A DNA stretch of 64,000 nt, from positions 32,552,001 to 32,616,000 of the forward strand of contig NC_087245.1 of assembly GCF_037042905.1 (NCBI RefSeq). Reading direction: 5' to 3'. This document shows, piece after piece, positions 23,535 through 35,500 of this stretch; within the stretch, counting starts at the first letter, position 1; each line of letters begins with the position of its first letter. Under the pieces are notes generated by a model that had not been told where the DNA came from, did no database searches, and worked only from the letters and a program-made list of their open reading frames with translations. This DNA comes from Lytechinus pictus. Its lineage: Eukaryota. The position numbers were made by a program, and so were the translations under genes.

Positions 23535-26500
23535 ATGACGGATTTTTCTAGGTTTCCATTTAGCTCTCTAAATAACGATGACTTGTTGTCTCTCTCGGCG
23601 CAACATGGCGTTACTCGCACACTAGATAACCATGATAACTCCAACTATGATGCACACATACAGAATTTTATGGACAATAATACATCCGATCTTAATTACA
23701 ATTTGGATGCAAATGATCACTTCGGACAGCTCACTACATCACATTATTTCACAGAACAACATTTCAAATCATACATTACATCAGATAACACTGGCGAAAG
23801 TTTTTTTCTTCTCCATTTTAATATCAGAAGTGCCAGTAAAAACTTTGATAAACTTAGACTATTTCTAGATAAAAACCGGTTTCCGAAATCTTCATTTATT
23901 GGTTTAACCGAAACATGGTTCTCTGATTATCCATGTTCCCTCTTCACACTCCCTGATTTTGATTTGATTGTTAACAATAGAACGCTAAGACCTGGGGGTG
24001 GTGTAGCTCTTTACATACCGCAACAATACGACCATACTCTTATAGCTAACATGACCATATCTAACGACGTTCTAGAAACCTTATTTGTTGAAGTCACAAA
24101 CCCCAAAGGTAAAAACTTAGTACTTGGTGTTTTTTATAGACCCCCTCAATCTAATGTTAATACTTTTTTAGAATCTCTTAATGAAATTTTATCAAATCCT
24201 GTTTTGAAAAATAAAGATTGCTTTTTTATGGGTGACTTTAATATTAACTTAGTAGATTGTAATTCAAACAGCACCTCACATGAGTTTCTTGAAATGTTTC
24301 TTTCATATTCTTTTTTACCGCTTATCACTAAACCGACAAGAGTGACAGATAACTCGGCCACTTTAATTGATAACATTTTTAGTAATATAACTCAACAAAT
24401 TCCCAAAGCCGGTATTATCCTTAGTGACATTACTGATCACTTTCCAATTTTTGCTAAATTATCTACAAATAAAATTATCATGAAAGAAGCATTCAATACT
24501 CCATTTCGAAAGATAACTGATGACAACATAAACAATCTAGTTAATAATTTAAATACAACAGACTGGTCAACTGTTTTTGAATCCACAGACGTTGATGACG
24601 CATATAACTTTTTCATTTCCAAATTAAACTCTTCTCTAGATACTCACGTTCCTTTTACCACTAACAGAAAATCAAATTATAAAAAGGTTCCACTCCACCC
24701 TTGGATTACTAAATCACTTTTGAGATCAATCAACCGAAAGAACAACCTTTACTATAAATACATAACTAAACAAAGTAACGAATCTCGCTTTAAATATACT
24801 TCATACAAAAACACACTCACTACTTTATTACGCATTGCAAAAAGAGAATATTATACCTCCCAACTCAATTTGTTCAAAAACGATATGAGGAACACATGGA
24901 AAATCATTAATGGAGCATTAAACAAAAACAAAAAAAGTACTTCTATAACAAAAATAAAAGTAAACAATACAACTACCGACGACAACATCTCAATAGCACA
25001 AGAATTTAATTCATATTTTTCAAACATTGGCAACAATCTGGCAAGCAAAGTCCCTCAAACTCATAAATCTTTCAACAGTTTTCTTGACAACCCAAATCCA
25101 AACTCTATATTTTTTAATCCTACGAACACAAGAGAAATTATTAATATTGTTAATAATCTACAGACCAAGAAGAGCCCAGGTTTCGATGGTATTCCTAATT
25201 TCCTACTTAAGAAAATTATTTTAACTATCGTCGATCCTCTGGTCCACATATTTAATGTTTCTATGAACACAGGGAAGGTACCTAACCTAATGAAAATAGC
25301 CAAAGTCATCCCCCTTTACAAAAAAGGTGATAATCAACTTGTTTCTAATTACCGTCCTATTTCATTGCTCACTTCGTTATCTAAAATTCTCGAAAAACTT
25401 ATACATACTCGTACAATTACGTTCTTTAATAAATTCAATACTTTTTCGAACTCGCAATTTGGTTTCCGCGAAAATCATAGCACCTCGCATGCAATTTTGA
25501 CTTTTATTAATAAAATTACTTCTTCCATAGATATAGGTTGTCATACTGTTGGTATTTTCCTGGACTTCTCCAAGGCCTTCGATACCATTAACCACGATAT
25601 ACTTCTTCATAAACTTTCTTTTTATGGTATCAGGGGGAAGGCCTTGGAGTGGTTCAAGAGCTACCTAACAGACAGGTCTCAATTTGTGTCAGTCAACAAC
25701 GTTGTTTCTTCTACTCTTCCTATTACATGTGGAGTACCACAGGGTAGTTTACTTGGTCCTCTTCTTTTTATTACATATATTAATGACATTAAAAAAAGTT
25801 CAAATTTACTAACATTTGTATTGTTTGCTGACGATTCGAACATTTTCTTTTCTCATGATAACGTAAACCAACTTGTAAGAATTGTAAACTCAGAACTTAT
25901 ACATGTCACTGACTGGATTAAGGCGAATAAACTATCACTTAACTTACAAAAGACGAATTTTATGCTTTTTAGTAACAGAATAAATACAATACCTGACAAC
26001 ATAATTTTTGATAATACTGTTCTTGAAAATGTTTCAGAGACAAGATTTTTGGGGGTTACTATTGATAATAAGCTATCATGGAAACCACACATCAATAATA
26101 CATGCAAAACAATTTCAAGAAACATCGGAATTATCAACAAACTCAAATATTTTCTCCCATCTCACACTTTACTTACACTGTATCATACATTAATATTACC
26201 ATACATTAATTATGGCATTTTGGCATGGGGTTGTGCGATCCAAACACAATTACAAAGAATACTGTTGCTGCAGAAGAAGGCTCTTAGAATAATTTTTCAA
26301 ACCCAATTCAGATCACACACAGATATACTATTCTTCCAAAATAATATTCTTAAAGTGAGTGATTTATATCTTTTCCAACTCGCCCAATTTATGTATAAAC
26401 TAAACAAAGATGATCTCCCAACAATTTTTTCAAATATGTTCTGTAAAAACTCCTCTATACACGATTACCCAACGAGACAACGTAATTGTTATCACCTACC

Positions 26501-26672
26501 CCCTACCCGTACTATATTAGCGAAAAACTCTTTTATCTTTTTTGGACCTGTGTATTGGAATTCCCTGCCCAACGACTTTAAAGAATCTACAAACCTTAAT
26601 ATTTTTAAACGCAAACTTAAAAAGATGCTCATTTGTCAATACTCCACACCAACAAGTCAAGCTAACACATAA
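23535..26672 (+). CDS. LINE ORF2: APE endonuclease and reverse transcriptase, 1045 aa from the first ATG
   Basis: EN motifs NIRS, LTETW, GGGV, YRPP, GDFN, IDNIF, TDHFP. RT motifs NYRPISLL, QFGFR, DFSKAFDTINH, GVPQGSLLGP, LFADD. No stops or frameshifts. Confidence 0.97.
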   Translation: MTDFSRFPFSSLNNDDLLSLSAQHGVTRTLDNHDNSNYDAHIQNFMDNNTSDLNYNLDANDHFGQLTTSHYFTEQHFKSYITSDNTGESFFLLHFNIRSASKNFDKLRLFLDKNRFPKSSFIGLTETWFSDYPCSLFTLPDFDLIVNNRTLRPGGGVALYIPQQYDHTLIANMTISNDVLETLFVEVTNPKGKNLVLGVFYRPPQSNVNTFLESLNEILSNPVLKNKDCFFMGDFNINLVDCNSNSTSHEFLEMFLSYSFLPLITKPTRVTDNSATLIDNIFSNITQQIPKAGIILSDITDHFPIFAKLSTNKIIMKEAFNTPFRKITDDNINNLVNNLNTTDWSTVFESTDVDDAYNFFISKLNSSLDTHVPFTTNRKSNYKKVPLHPWITKSLLRSINRKNNLYYKYITKQSNESRFKYTSYKNTLTTLLRIAKREYYTSQLNLFKNDMRNTWKIINGALNKNKKSTSITKIKVNNTTTDDNISIAQEFNSYFSNIGNNLASKVPQTHKSFNSFLDNPNPNSIFFNPTNTREIINIVNNLQTKKSPGFDGIPNFLLKKIILTIVDPLVHIFNVSMNTGKVPNLMKIAKVIPLYKKGDNQLVSNYRPISLLTSLSKILEKLIHTRTITFFNKFNTFSNSQFGFRENHSTSHAILTFINKITSSIDIGCHTVGIFLDFSKAFDTINHDILLHKLSFYGIRGKALEWFKSYLTDRSQFVSVNNVVSSTLPITCGVPQGSLLGPLLFITYINDIKKSSNLLTFVLFADDSNIFFSHDNVNQLVRIVNSELIHVTDWIKANKLSLNLQKTNFMLFSNRINTIPDNIIFDNTVLENVSETRFLGVTIDNKLSWKPHINNTCKTISRNIGIINKLKYFLPSHTLLTLYHTLILPYINYGILAWGCAIQTQLQRILLLQKKALRIIFQTQFRSHTDILFFQNNILKVSDLYLFQLAQFMYKLNKDDLPTIFSNMFCKNSSIHDYPTRQRNCYHLPPTRTILAKNSFIFFGPVYWNSLPNDFKESTNLNIFKRKLKKMLICQYSTPTSQANT

Positions 26673-27079
26673 CCTAAACTAAAACTACATAATAACTTAA
26701 CCTTTAACTGCCAATACATTTGTCAAACTTTACTTATAAAAAAAAACAACAACACTGCAACATGATACAATACATTACGACCTGTGCACCTGCCATGTTC
26801 CTCCTTTCATTTGCACTTTTTATTTGCACCTCCCTTATCTCCCTCTTTCTTTCCTTTGCCACTTTTCCCTCCCTATTATGATTTTGTAAGTACTTTTCTT
26901 TGGTGTTACCACTGTAATTATTATTATTTGAATTACTTTCTCTTATTTTTGTTGTCGCTTATTCGTTTTATTTTGATATTTGTGGATTACTTGTTTTAAG
27001 TTTGTCTTCTGTGTCCGTCTCGATTTTTGTATAGAGTTGTATTTATAGTTTGTTTATAATTAGTATTGAAACTAAGTTT

Positions 27080-27126
27080 AGGGGCTTGCCTTCTCTACAA
27101 GCTTTTGCTTTTCTTGGCAAGTCCCT
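27080..27126 (+). other. 3' UTR stem-loop of the LINE (putative RT recognition signal)
   Basis: aggggcttgcc ... ggcaagtccct pairing, about 190 nt upstream of the tail. Confidence 0.6.
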
Positions 27127-27408
27127 CCGTTCTTTTCTTGTTTCTTTTCATTGATAATATTACTGAAACAAATTGTAGTTTTGTTTAATTTATATTCAAC
27201 ATTTGTTACGAAATTTCATTGATTTGTCTGTATTATCGATTATATTGAATATGTATTGTTACTTTGATTATATTTTGAAAAAATTGTTGAACGGAAATAA
27301 AATCTAAATCTAAATCTAATTAAAATCATTCAATTCAAATTCATACAAGTAATATAATATCAACAAAACACTGTTCACAAAGTCAAATAAATAAATAATT
27401 GTTCATAA

Positions 27409-28124
27409 TGCCTAGTTGACACTTTCACGATTTTTGGTCCCGCACTGCCCCGCAATGAATGCGTGCCAGTGCGTGACACTTTATGGCACGACTTGGCTAT
27501 ATCAGTTCACGCAATGTCCCGACACGTTCACGACATGTTTGCGCATTGTTTGCGCATAGTTCGCGCATAGTTCACGCAGTGTTCACGCACTGTCCCGACG
27601 TGCTTTCAGCAAATATTCTCGACACCCTATTTCTGTGACGTATCTAGCGCAAATTTAAATATTCAACGTTCTGGTGTTGACACCCTCTACGTTCGTTGAT
27701 TAGAACGACTCACATTGATCACGTGGTCTGCACTCACAATTTTGCGCATGTCATGCGCGAACTATGCGTGAAGTATGCTTGACCTATGCGCAAAGTATGC
27801 GCGACCCTGTCGTGAACTAGTCGCGAACTGCGTGCCACTACCCCGGGGGTGGGGTACCCACTGTTTTTACGCCACGCACTGGCACGCATTGGCACGACTT
27901 GTTTGCGCATAGTTTGCGCACAGTTCACGCACTGCTGCAATGCGGGAAGTGCGTGGCAAAATTTTCAACATGTTGAAAATTTTTTTTCGCTCTTCACGCA
28001 TTGCTGCGCATTGCCGCTCATCGTCCCGCCCCTTCCCGCAAGTGTCGACGCATTGGCACGCATGACGCAATATCAGTGCGTGAACTATGCGGGAACCGAA
28101 AATCGTGAAAGTGTCAACTAGGCA
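27409..28124. mobile_element. PIF/Harbinger-type MITE with TAA TSD
   Basis: taa|tgcctagttgacactttcacgatttt ... aaaatcgtgaaagtgtcaactaggca|taa. Confidence 0.92.
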
Positions 28125-28447
28125 TAATACAAAAAATTATACATACAAAAAATACAGAATATAACATTCGAGTCATCTACAACAAAGTAAATACTTAGTC
28201 TGTAGAAAAAAAAAATACAGACAACAACAACAAAAATTTTATAGCAACGCAATTAAATTGAATGAGTAAAATGAATGAGTAACCCCCCCCCCCCCTCCAT
28301 ATCCCATCTAAGCCCAGCCCAGGAAGCGCGGCCTGCTTCCCTCCCCTCAACCTAGCTACCCTCCATTTCAATCTGCATTCTGTGCCGCAATCATGATCTA
28401 ACTTGTGCACCTAAATGTATGCTTGAATTTTCTTAGCCCCAGCATCT

Positions 28448-29673
28448 CTAGAAAATAAACTTGTCCCATTTTTTGAAATGGTTTGTTAATAGACCTCTCT
28501 GTTCAGCTAGTTTTCTTTCTTCTAGTCTATCTTCTTGTATTTTTTCCTTAATATGGTTAAGGGTCGGTGGATCTTTTGTGTTTCTACTATTCTTTAAAAT
28601 CATATACTTTATCAGGATTATTATGTGATTTAATAATTGAGCCTCTCCTTTAGTTGAACATTCCACGCCTACGTGTACACCTTTTTTATCTATATTTGTA
28701 ATGATAGGGAGTTGAAGCATGTTCCCACATTCTTTCCATATAGTTTTTATCTTATCACATGAAAAGAATATATGATCATATGTTTCTTCTTCTTTACTAC
28801 AGAATGAACATAAATCATCTGTTGTCATTTTAAATAAATATAAATATTTTTTTGTGTATAGTATATTGTGTAATATTTTATATTGAAATTCTCTGAGTCT
28901 ACTATTCAGAGTCGATTTTCGTGGTCTTAGAAAAATCTCAGAGATATCCTTTTTTGTTATATTATATTTTTCCTCAAGCTTTTTAAATGCTTGGGGTATA
29001 TCCGATTTCATACTTATAAGAGTATCGTATATTCTTTTTGATGTGATGTCTTGCAAATCAAAAATCCTGCCCTTTAATTGAAAATCCAAAACTAACTCAC
29101 TATCTATGGAACTTTGACCATTTTTTTTCAGCGAGTCCTTCCAAAAGTATGGAATATTATTAAAAATTTCGAGTATATTTTCTATTTCAAAACGATCCAA
29201 CCCCATTTTTTGAAAGGTCGAAATAGACTTCATTTTCCCATCTTTATCTACAATATGATGGAGTTTATAAATTTTCTTCAAAAACAGCTTTTCATTATAA
29301 TATGTTTGTCCTTTCAAACGGATGAACCTATTATTAAAAATGATCTCATTTCTTTTATTCTTCTCTTCTTTAAGTAAAAACAATTTCTTATTAAACCATA
29401 CATCTAACATTTCTGTATAAAATTCCGGCAGTTCAAATCCTATCAAATCCATTGTGAGGTTACTAAAAAAAATTAGCAATCCTCCCATACCGTGTGCTAA
29501 GTATCTGAAATATTGTTTCCATTTCATTTTTGGCTCTCCCATTATAAGTCTTTTAATCCACATAATTCTTTGTGTCTTAATGAATAACTGAAAATCTGTC
29601 ATTTTTAGACCAGCATGATCATAATCTAAATAAACAATGTCTCTTTTAATTTTATCTCTACCACCCCATAAAA
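28448..29673 (-). mobile_element. 5'-truncated Tx1/L1-clade LINE, open ORF2 C-terminus with zinc knuckle; its 3' UTR continues to a poly(A) at about 19247
   Basis: FLWGGRDKIKR...GLKMTDF, LREFQYKILH and CSFC...EETYDHIFFSC. atcatt is duplicated at 19241-19246 and 29674-29679. Confidence 0.9.
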
Positions 29674-30199
29674 ATCATTGCTCGGGTATCAACGATCTCC
29701 ATACGACCTCTGTATGATGTGGTGTCAACCATTCACGGACATTGAAAAATATTCACCAGGCTAAATTTCGTTCACAAACATTCACATTTGATACCAAACC
29801 AGTTCAATTAATAGCTTCCAAATCGACGGCAAGATCGCAAACTGCAAAAATATTGACGAAAAGTATGAAGTAGGTCGAGGGGGTTCGCCGGTATCGCGAT
29901 CTCAAAATTCTATTCCGATCGACGAACGTGCGCTGTGCTGGAAAATCGTTCTGAAAAAATGTGATCTATCTTCGCGGACCAAAGATTTTTAGAGATCTAC
30001 ACAAAACCTCAAAATCAAAAGATGGGATATCTATATCAGATGGACGGCAAAATGTAGAATCGGTCAGCACCTCATTTTACTCACATTTTTTTTTTATATT
30101 ATCTGCTTGCAAAATGATGATATCGTGATGCTTGCTGAGAAGTTACGATTTTTTTCGGAACTATAAATTATTGACGAAAAATATTTTCATGAATACTGC

Positions 30200-30450
30200 C
30201 AGTGGCGTACCTAGGATTTTCCACAGGGGGGGGGGGGCAAAAACGTCCGCCCAAAAATGTGACAAGCAAAAAAAAAAGGTCTTCAAGCTCGTCAGGAGGG
30301 GGGCAATATAGGTCTTCAAGCTCGTCAAGGGGGAAAAGGTCTTTCACTTTCGTCAGGGAGGGGGGGGGCAGGTATACGTCCTTAGCATGGGTTATGGCTC
30401 ATCAGGTGGGGGGGGGGGGGGCAGAGTGCCCCCCCGTAGGTACGCTAGTG
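30200..30450. mobile_element. hAT-type MITE with an 8-bp TSD
   Basis: aatactgc|cagtggcgtacct ... aggtacgctagtg|aatactgc, with a G-tract-rich interior. Confidence 0.92.
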
Positions 30451-30795
30451 AATACTGCACTCATCCTAAAGAAACTTACGGTATCAATTTTAGGTCGCTT
30501 CTCATACTAATGATGTAAATTTTTAAAGATATCGAATAGTTTTTGAGACCGTCCCCGAAGTACTAACAAACGCAAACTTGGACTCACTGCCATGTACAGT
30601 TTTCATGTTTGTCTATTGTTTTTGTTTGTTTGCGCCATTTTTTCTTTTTGAAGGGGAATCCACCCATTACGATGTCCAACACGCGAAATCGTAAGGGAAT
30701 TTTAACTCATACCTCTCTCATATTCTCCCCCAAGCCCATGGCAAAAATTACAGGGTTCTTCTGCAAAGCCCGTGCTCATGTATTTACAAACTTAC

Positions 30796-31002
30796 CAGTC
30801 TGAGTCCGAAATAAAGCATCAGCCAAAGAACAAAAGGTAGGGCCGAAGCAAAACAATCTACCAAGGCGATGTTGCAGATGAAGATGTTCTGTTTCTTCCT
30901 CAGCCTCCTGCTTCCAATGATGACAAATATCGTCATGGTATTGAGAATGACACTTATTAAATTTGTAATTAAGTGATAGATGTTTTCTTCAATCCAACCC
31001 AT
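30796..31002 (-). CDS. Class A orphan GPCR, coding exon 1 (TM1-TM2)
   Basis: ATG with an in-frame stop four codons upstream. VILNTMTIFVIIGSRRLRKKQNIFICNIALVD. Donor CTG|gtaagt, phase 0, matches exon 2. Confidence 0.88.
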
Positions 31003-31991
31003 GATAGAAGAAATTTAATACGATAGTACGTTAATTGGTTAGATTGCCCCTTTATTCTTGCAAAGGGATTTCTCTGGGGATATCTGGTTATTGAAAATGC
31101 AATTCAGCTGCTGAGAGACTGGAAAACGTAGTAGCAGTTTCCATTTATATATCAATTTTTTTTGGTGAAATCAGTGTCGATGTTTCGAAGACAAGTCGAT
31201 TTCCATTATTGTAAAAAAAAATCCCAAGGATTCATACTTGGTCTGTCGGAATTGTTGCCAGTAATAATTATGCCGAGAGTTATAACGTGATTAATAAAGA
31301 AAAAAACATTTTCTTCAAACGTCAAATGCTCATGCTTAATCTTCGTAAAAGACAGAAATTTGATACTGGGTTGTATGCTGAATTGAATAGGCTATGAGAG
31401 AAGGTTGTTCTTTTTTTATACCGCAATACCTTCAAGAAGACCTTTTATCCGTTGGCAATTCCTCTGCATTTCTCTCAGCATGCTGACTTAAATCATTGTA
31501 ATGCATACGATACCATTTATGCCAAGTAAAAGAAATATGAAAAGATGACCATCTCCATCTTCTCTTTGTTATTCTTCTTTTCTTCAATTTAGCATTGTAT
31601 GAAAGTCAGTTGGAGATAGTTTCATGGAAGACCAAAAGATAGATACTGATGGACGCTTTGTCATTGAACAACGGTATTGTGCGTCACGCAAACCCTTGTG
31701 AGTTTGTAGTGAAGTCCCTGTTTTCATCTTAAGCAATATCTGGAATCAATACTGGCAAGCCTTTTTTCTCTCCTGTATAGCAATAATTCACCTATCTGAC
31801 CTTAAGACTGGATGATCGAGTCAGAGAGAGAAAACGAAAACATGCGACTTAATAGAGTAATGTTGTTCACTCTAAATCCAAACTCTTTTTATTGTCGATC
31901 GTATTTCTCTTTGAAACTTTATATAAAATCAAACGTATGGGAATTCGATTATTTCTTTAAAAATGGGGGGGGGGGGAATGTTGGTCCGTCA

Positions 31992-32447
31992 TAATAATAA
32001 TAATAATAATAACAATAATAATTGGCATTTATATAGCGCTTTATAAATCTATGACTGTTCAAAGCGCTTCACAATTATTATTAACCGGTCACTGGATTCA
32101 TAGCATTTCAAGCAGCCTGTTAGGCGCACACTTGCTAAACCAACATGACGGTTGTTTCCTACCGGTACCCAATTAGCACGTGGGTGAGAATGGCAAAGTG
32201 TGGATTGACGCCTTGCCAAAGGACGCTAGGCCATGGTGGGATTCAAACACACGACCCTCTGATTACAAGGCGAGAGTCAGAACCGCTACACGGTTGTTTC
32301 CTACCGGTACCCAATTAGCACCTGGGTGAGAGTGGCAAAGTTTGGATTGACGCCTTGCCAAAGGACGCTAGGCCATGGTGGGATTCGAACACACGACACC
32401 CTGACTACAAGGCGAGAGTCAGAACCGCTACACAACGGCGCTTCCAC
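31992..32447 (-). mobile_element. tRNA-derived SINE with a tandemly duplicated head/core and (ATT)n tail
   Basis: On the minus strand: A box tgtagcgg, B box gttcgaatccc, core cctttggcaaggc...cacccaggtg...tgggtacc. A ~143-bp unit is present twice. Confidence 0.85.
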
Positions 32448-32502
32448 CATCATAGTCATCTATGACAGATCAATCATTTTTTAAAATGTAGATTATATCA
32501 TA

Positions 32503-35500
32503 TAGTCTGGTCTGTTAGCGAAATTATGTGGACACGGTGGACAAAAGCGTGATTTTTTCTCCAGACCTTTGTTTATGTATAAGAATTAAGAATGGGGTAT
32601 GCTCCAAAAAATCTGGCTGCAGGAACAGTGAAAAAATGGGTGAAAATGTCCGAATTTATGAGTCTAGATTTGGCTGATATATAGACTAGCGCTAGTGCAA
32701 AACTCAATAGCAGTGCATTATTTTGCATTGGATTAGTTCTTGAATTCAGACCCTTTTTGAACAGATCTTCTGTTTGTCCTCACATCTCAATGCACCAAAT
32801 ATCTGAAAGCAGATGCTTAACAAGACGAAGGGTGACGGTGGAGGGGGTTGAATGTTGGTGTGTATGTACATATTTTGGTCTCGGGGTAAAGATGTGCGAT
32901 ACATATTTTTTGCATGTGTTGGAAATTGTGTTGCCATGGTAACAGTGTATCATTGCAAAAATAAGGTAAAAATCTTGCTGTTAGAACTACTTCCTCTGTT
33001 TTCATCCGATTCTCATGAAATTTGGCACACACATTGGTCTTGAGGTGAAGATGTCTAAGACACATTTTCAGAAATCTTGTTGCCATGGTAACAACATATT
33101 ATATGGTGAAAATTGGGAAAAAAACTTACAATTCCAACTGCTTCATCAGTTTTCAATCAATTGTCATGAAATTTGGCACACACATTGGTATTGAAGTAAA
33201 GATGTACAAGGCACTTTTTGTGTGTGTTTCAGAAATTTTGTTGCCATGGTAACAACATATCATATGGCAAAATTTAGGTTTTGAACCAATTTTCGTGAAA
33301 TTTGGCTCACACATTGGCCTTGGGGAATAGATGAGCAAGAACCTTTTTTTTGCATTTGTCAGAGAGTGCATTGCCAGGGTAGCCACATATGATAGCCAGA
33401 AATGCAGGAAAACTCATTGTGGATCAAACTACTTCCCCTGTTTTTAGTCAGTGCTCATAAAAGTTGGAAGAAATATTCATCTTGGGGTTAAGATTTATAT
33501 TAAATTCTAAATGTCTTCTGTGCATTAAAATGTTCACGCCAGAGTGTGGGGGTATTAATCAGTATCACCTTCATTAATATTTCTAGGTTTTGGGGGGAGG
33601 GGCGGGATTGGTCCTTAAAATCTGACATCAAAATAAAGAAGGTCAAAGGCGGTGGCCATTATAAACATAAAAATGATAAACACTCTTAAAAAACGCATCC
33701 CCTCAATGCATAGGCTGGAGGTACACTGGGTGAATGTGAAACCTTCCGCTGAGGCAGAGGAGTTCCAACACTGGCGAGCAAAACGAAATGTGCACCCCTT
33801 CTACTTTCAACAGCTGATTTTCCAAACCTTAGTTCCACCTCCCTAAGATGTTCACCCCTCCCCATACCACTTGTAGTTCTACCTCCCCATGCTCAAACCA
33901 GTCTACACCTTTGCCCCTCAGGGATCTTTGCATTTTTAAAGCTAGACATGACTCTTTTTTTTTTGTGTGTGTGGGGGGGGGGGGTCTTTAGAAAATGACC
34001 TCAAAGGATTATGACTGGGAACTTAATCCCCCCCCGAAAAAATAGGGGGCTGATTATTTTTTTAGCAGAAAATGCCCCCCCCCCCCTAAAAGGTAAGTAG
34101 AGTCCTTTGCACTTCAGACCATTCATTTGAAGTTTAATGCATTCTGATTTGATAAAAAATTGTTTACAGTACCCAATTAACCATTGTTTATTTATATTCT
34201 CCTACTCAGTCTTTTATTCATATTCATATTCCGTTCCTACTCTTTTTTTAAACTTTCAAATCCCTCTTGATTTTGAGCTTCACCATACCATCTCCTTCTG
34301 TTTCCTCTCTCTCTCCAAGTATATTTTTCTGACATATTTTAAAGTGTACCTTTTAATCATGCAACTAATTATAGAAATATAAATATATACAAAAATCTCT
34401 GCACTTGTTTTAGAAATTCACTTGCAAATCCATGACTCAATAACATACCATATCAAAAATATACATATGTGCACAATAGATTTTAGCCTTATATTTTCTT
34501 TCACTTCATTTTTCCAGTTTATTTCTGTCACAGCCCCTGCTTTATACATCCTACATCTCCCATTGTCAAAAAAAAATATTATGTTTCAGTAGCAAGATTG
34601 TTGGATGCAAACTCTGACTGTCATAAAAACAAGTGCAAATAATTTTCCATTGGAGTAAAGACAAACTTATAAGGGATATGACTACAATATAATTATATGT
34701 AGATAAACTTTTATTTCTCTACATATAATTATATTCTAGTCATATCCCTTTCAGATGGTGGTAACTGCAGGAATGGGAAAACTCAGTGATAAAACTAAAA
34801 TTTTCACAGAGGATTTTCGGAAAATAACTACATCCATTTTGGTCAAGCAACAGTTATTCCATTCTGAATGCTGCAACCTTGTTAATATGAATTTGAATTT
34901 GATGTAATTTACCAAAATATAATATCATGACAGTCATTTCTTCAAAACTAGACATTGAATATTGTTAATAGTATCGACAGAGTGTAGCCAAAAATGATTA
35001 TGAAGAAAAAAAAAATGTCATGGTATTATATTTCGGTGTAGGTGTAAGCATTCAGAATGGAATAATTGTTGCTAGATAATAATGAATTAAAATAGCAAAG
35101 AAATATGTACTGAGAAAGGGAGGCAAAGAAGGGGGGGGGGAGAGGAAACAAAACAAGAAGGTATGGTGAAGCTCAATAGTGCAAAAGGTGATGAAAGACA
35201 GTCAGAGTAGGAACTGAAATGAACAAAGACTGAGTAGAAGAAGATAAATAAACCATTGATTAATTGGACACCGGAAACATTTTTTTTTTCAAAGTAGAAT
35301 GTTTTAGGCTTTAAATTGATATGCTGAAGTGTAAAGGATTTTTCACCCCCCCCTTTTTTTTTGGGGGGGGGTTAAGTTCCTAGTCGTAATAATTTCCTTT
35401 TACTCTTTTATGTGGCAATTTTCTAAAGCCGCCCCCCCCAAAAAAAAAAAAATGGAAGGGGTGTTTTTTAAAAGAGTGTTTAAGTTCCTAATAGTCATGG

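Larger units (their letters stand above)
19285..27323 (+). mobile_element. Full-length, apparently intact CR1/L2-group (Crack-like) LINE, about 8.0 kb
   Basis: Candidate TSD aatcat at 19279-19284 and 27324-27329. It has a gtgatggcg 5' end, ORF1, a 3-kb spacer, ORF2, a T-rich 3' UTR with stem-loop, aataaa and a (TAAATC)n tail. Confidence 0.8.
16864..30591. mobile_element. TIR-bounded composite element filling the GPCR intron
   Basis: ggcagtgagtccaa ... ttggactcactgcc ends. A second inverted match of ~130 bp links 17425-17555 with 29855-29990. No clear TSD. Confidence 0.7.

Noticed and set aside
23493..26672. Bacterial retron, group II intron or DGR reverse transcriptase with upstream ncRNA
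   Set aside because: An N-terminal APE endonuclease, LINE ORF1, 3' UTR and microsatellite tail identify a non-LTR retrotransposon.
32380..32447. tRNA gene (also at 51650-51710)
   Set aside because: The cloverleaf is incomplete and continues into SINE core sequence.
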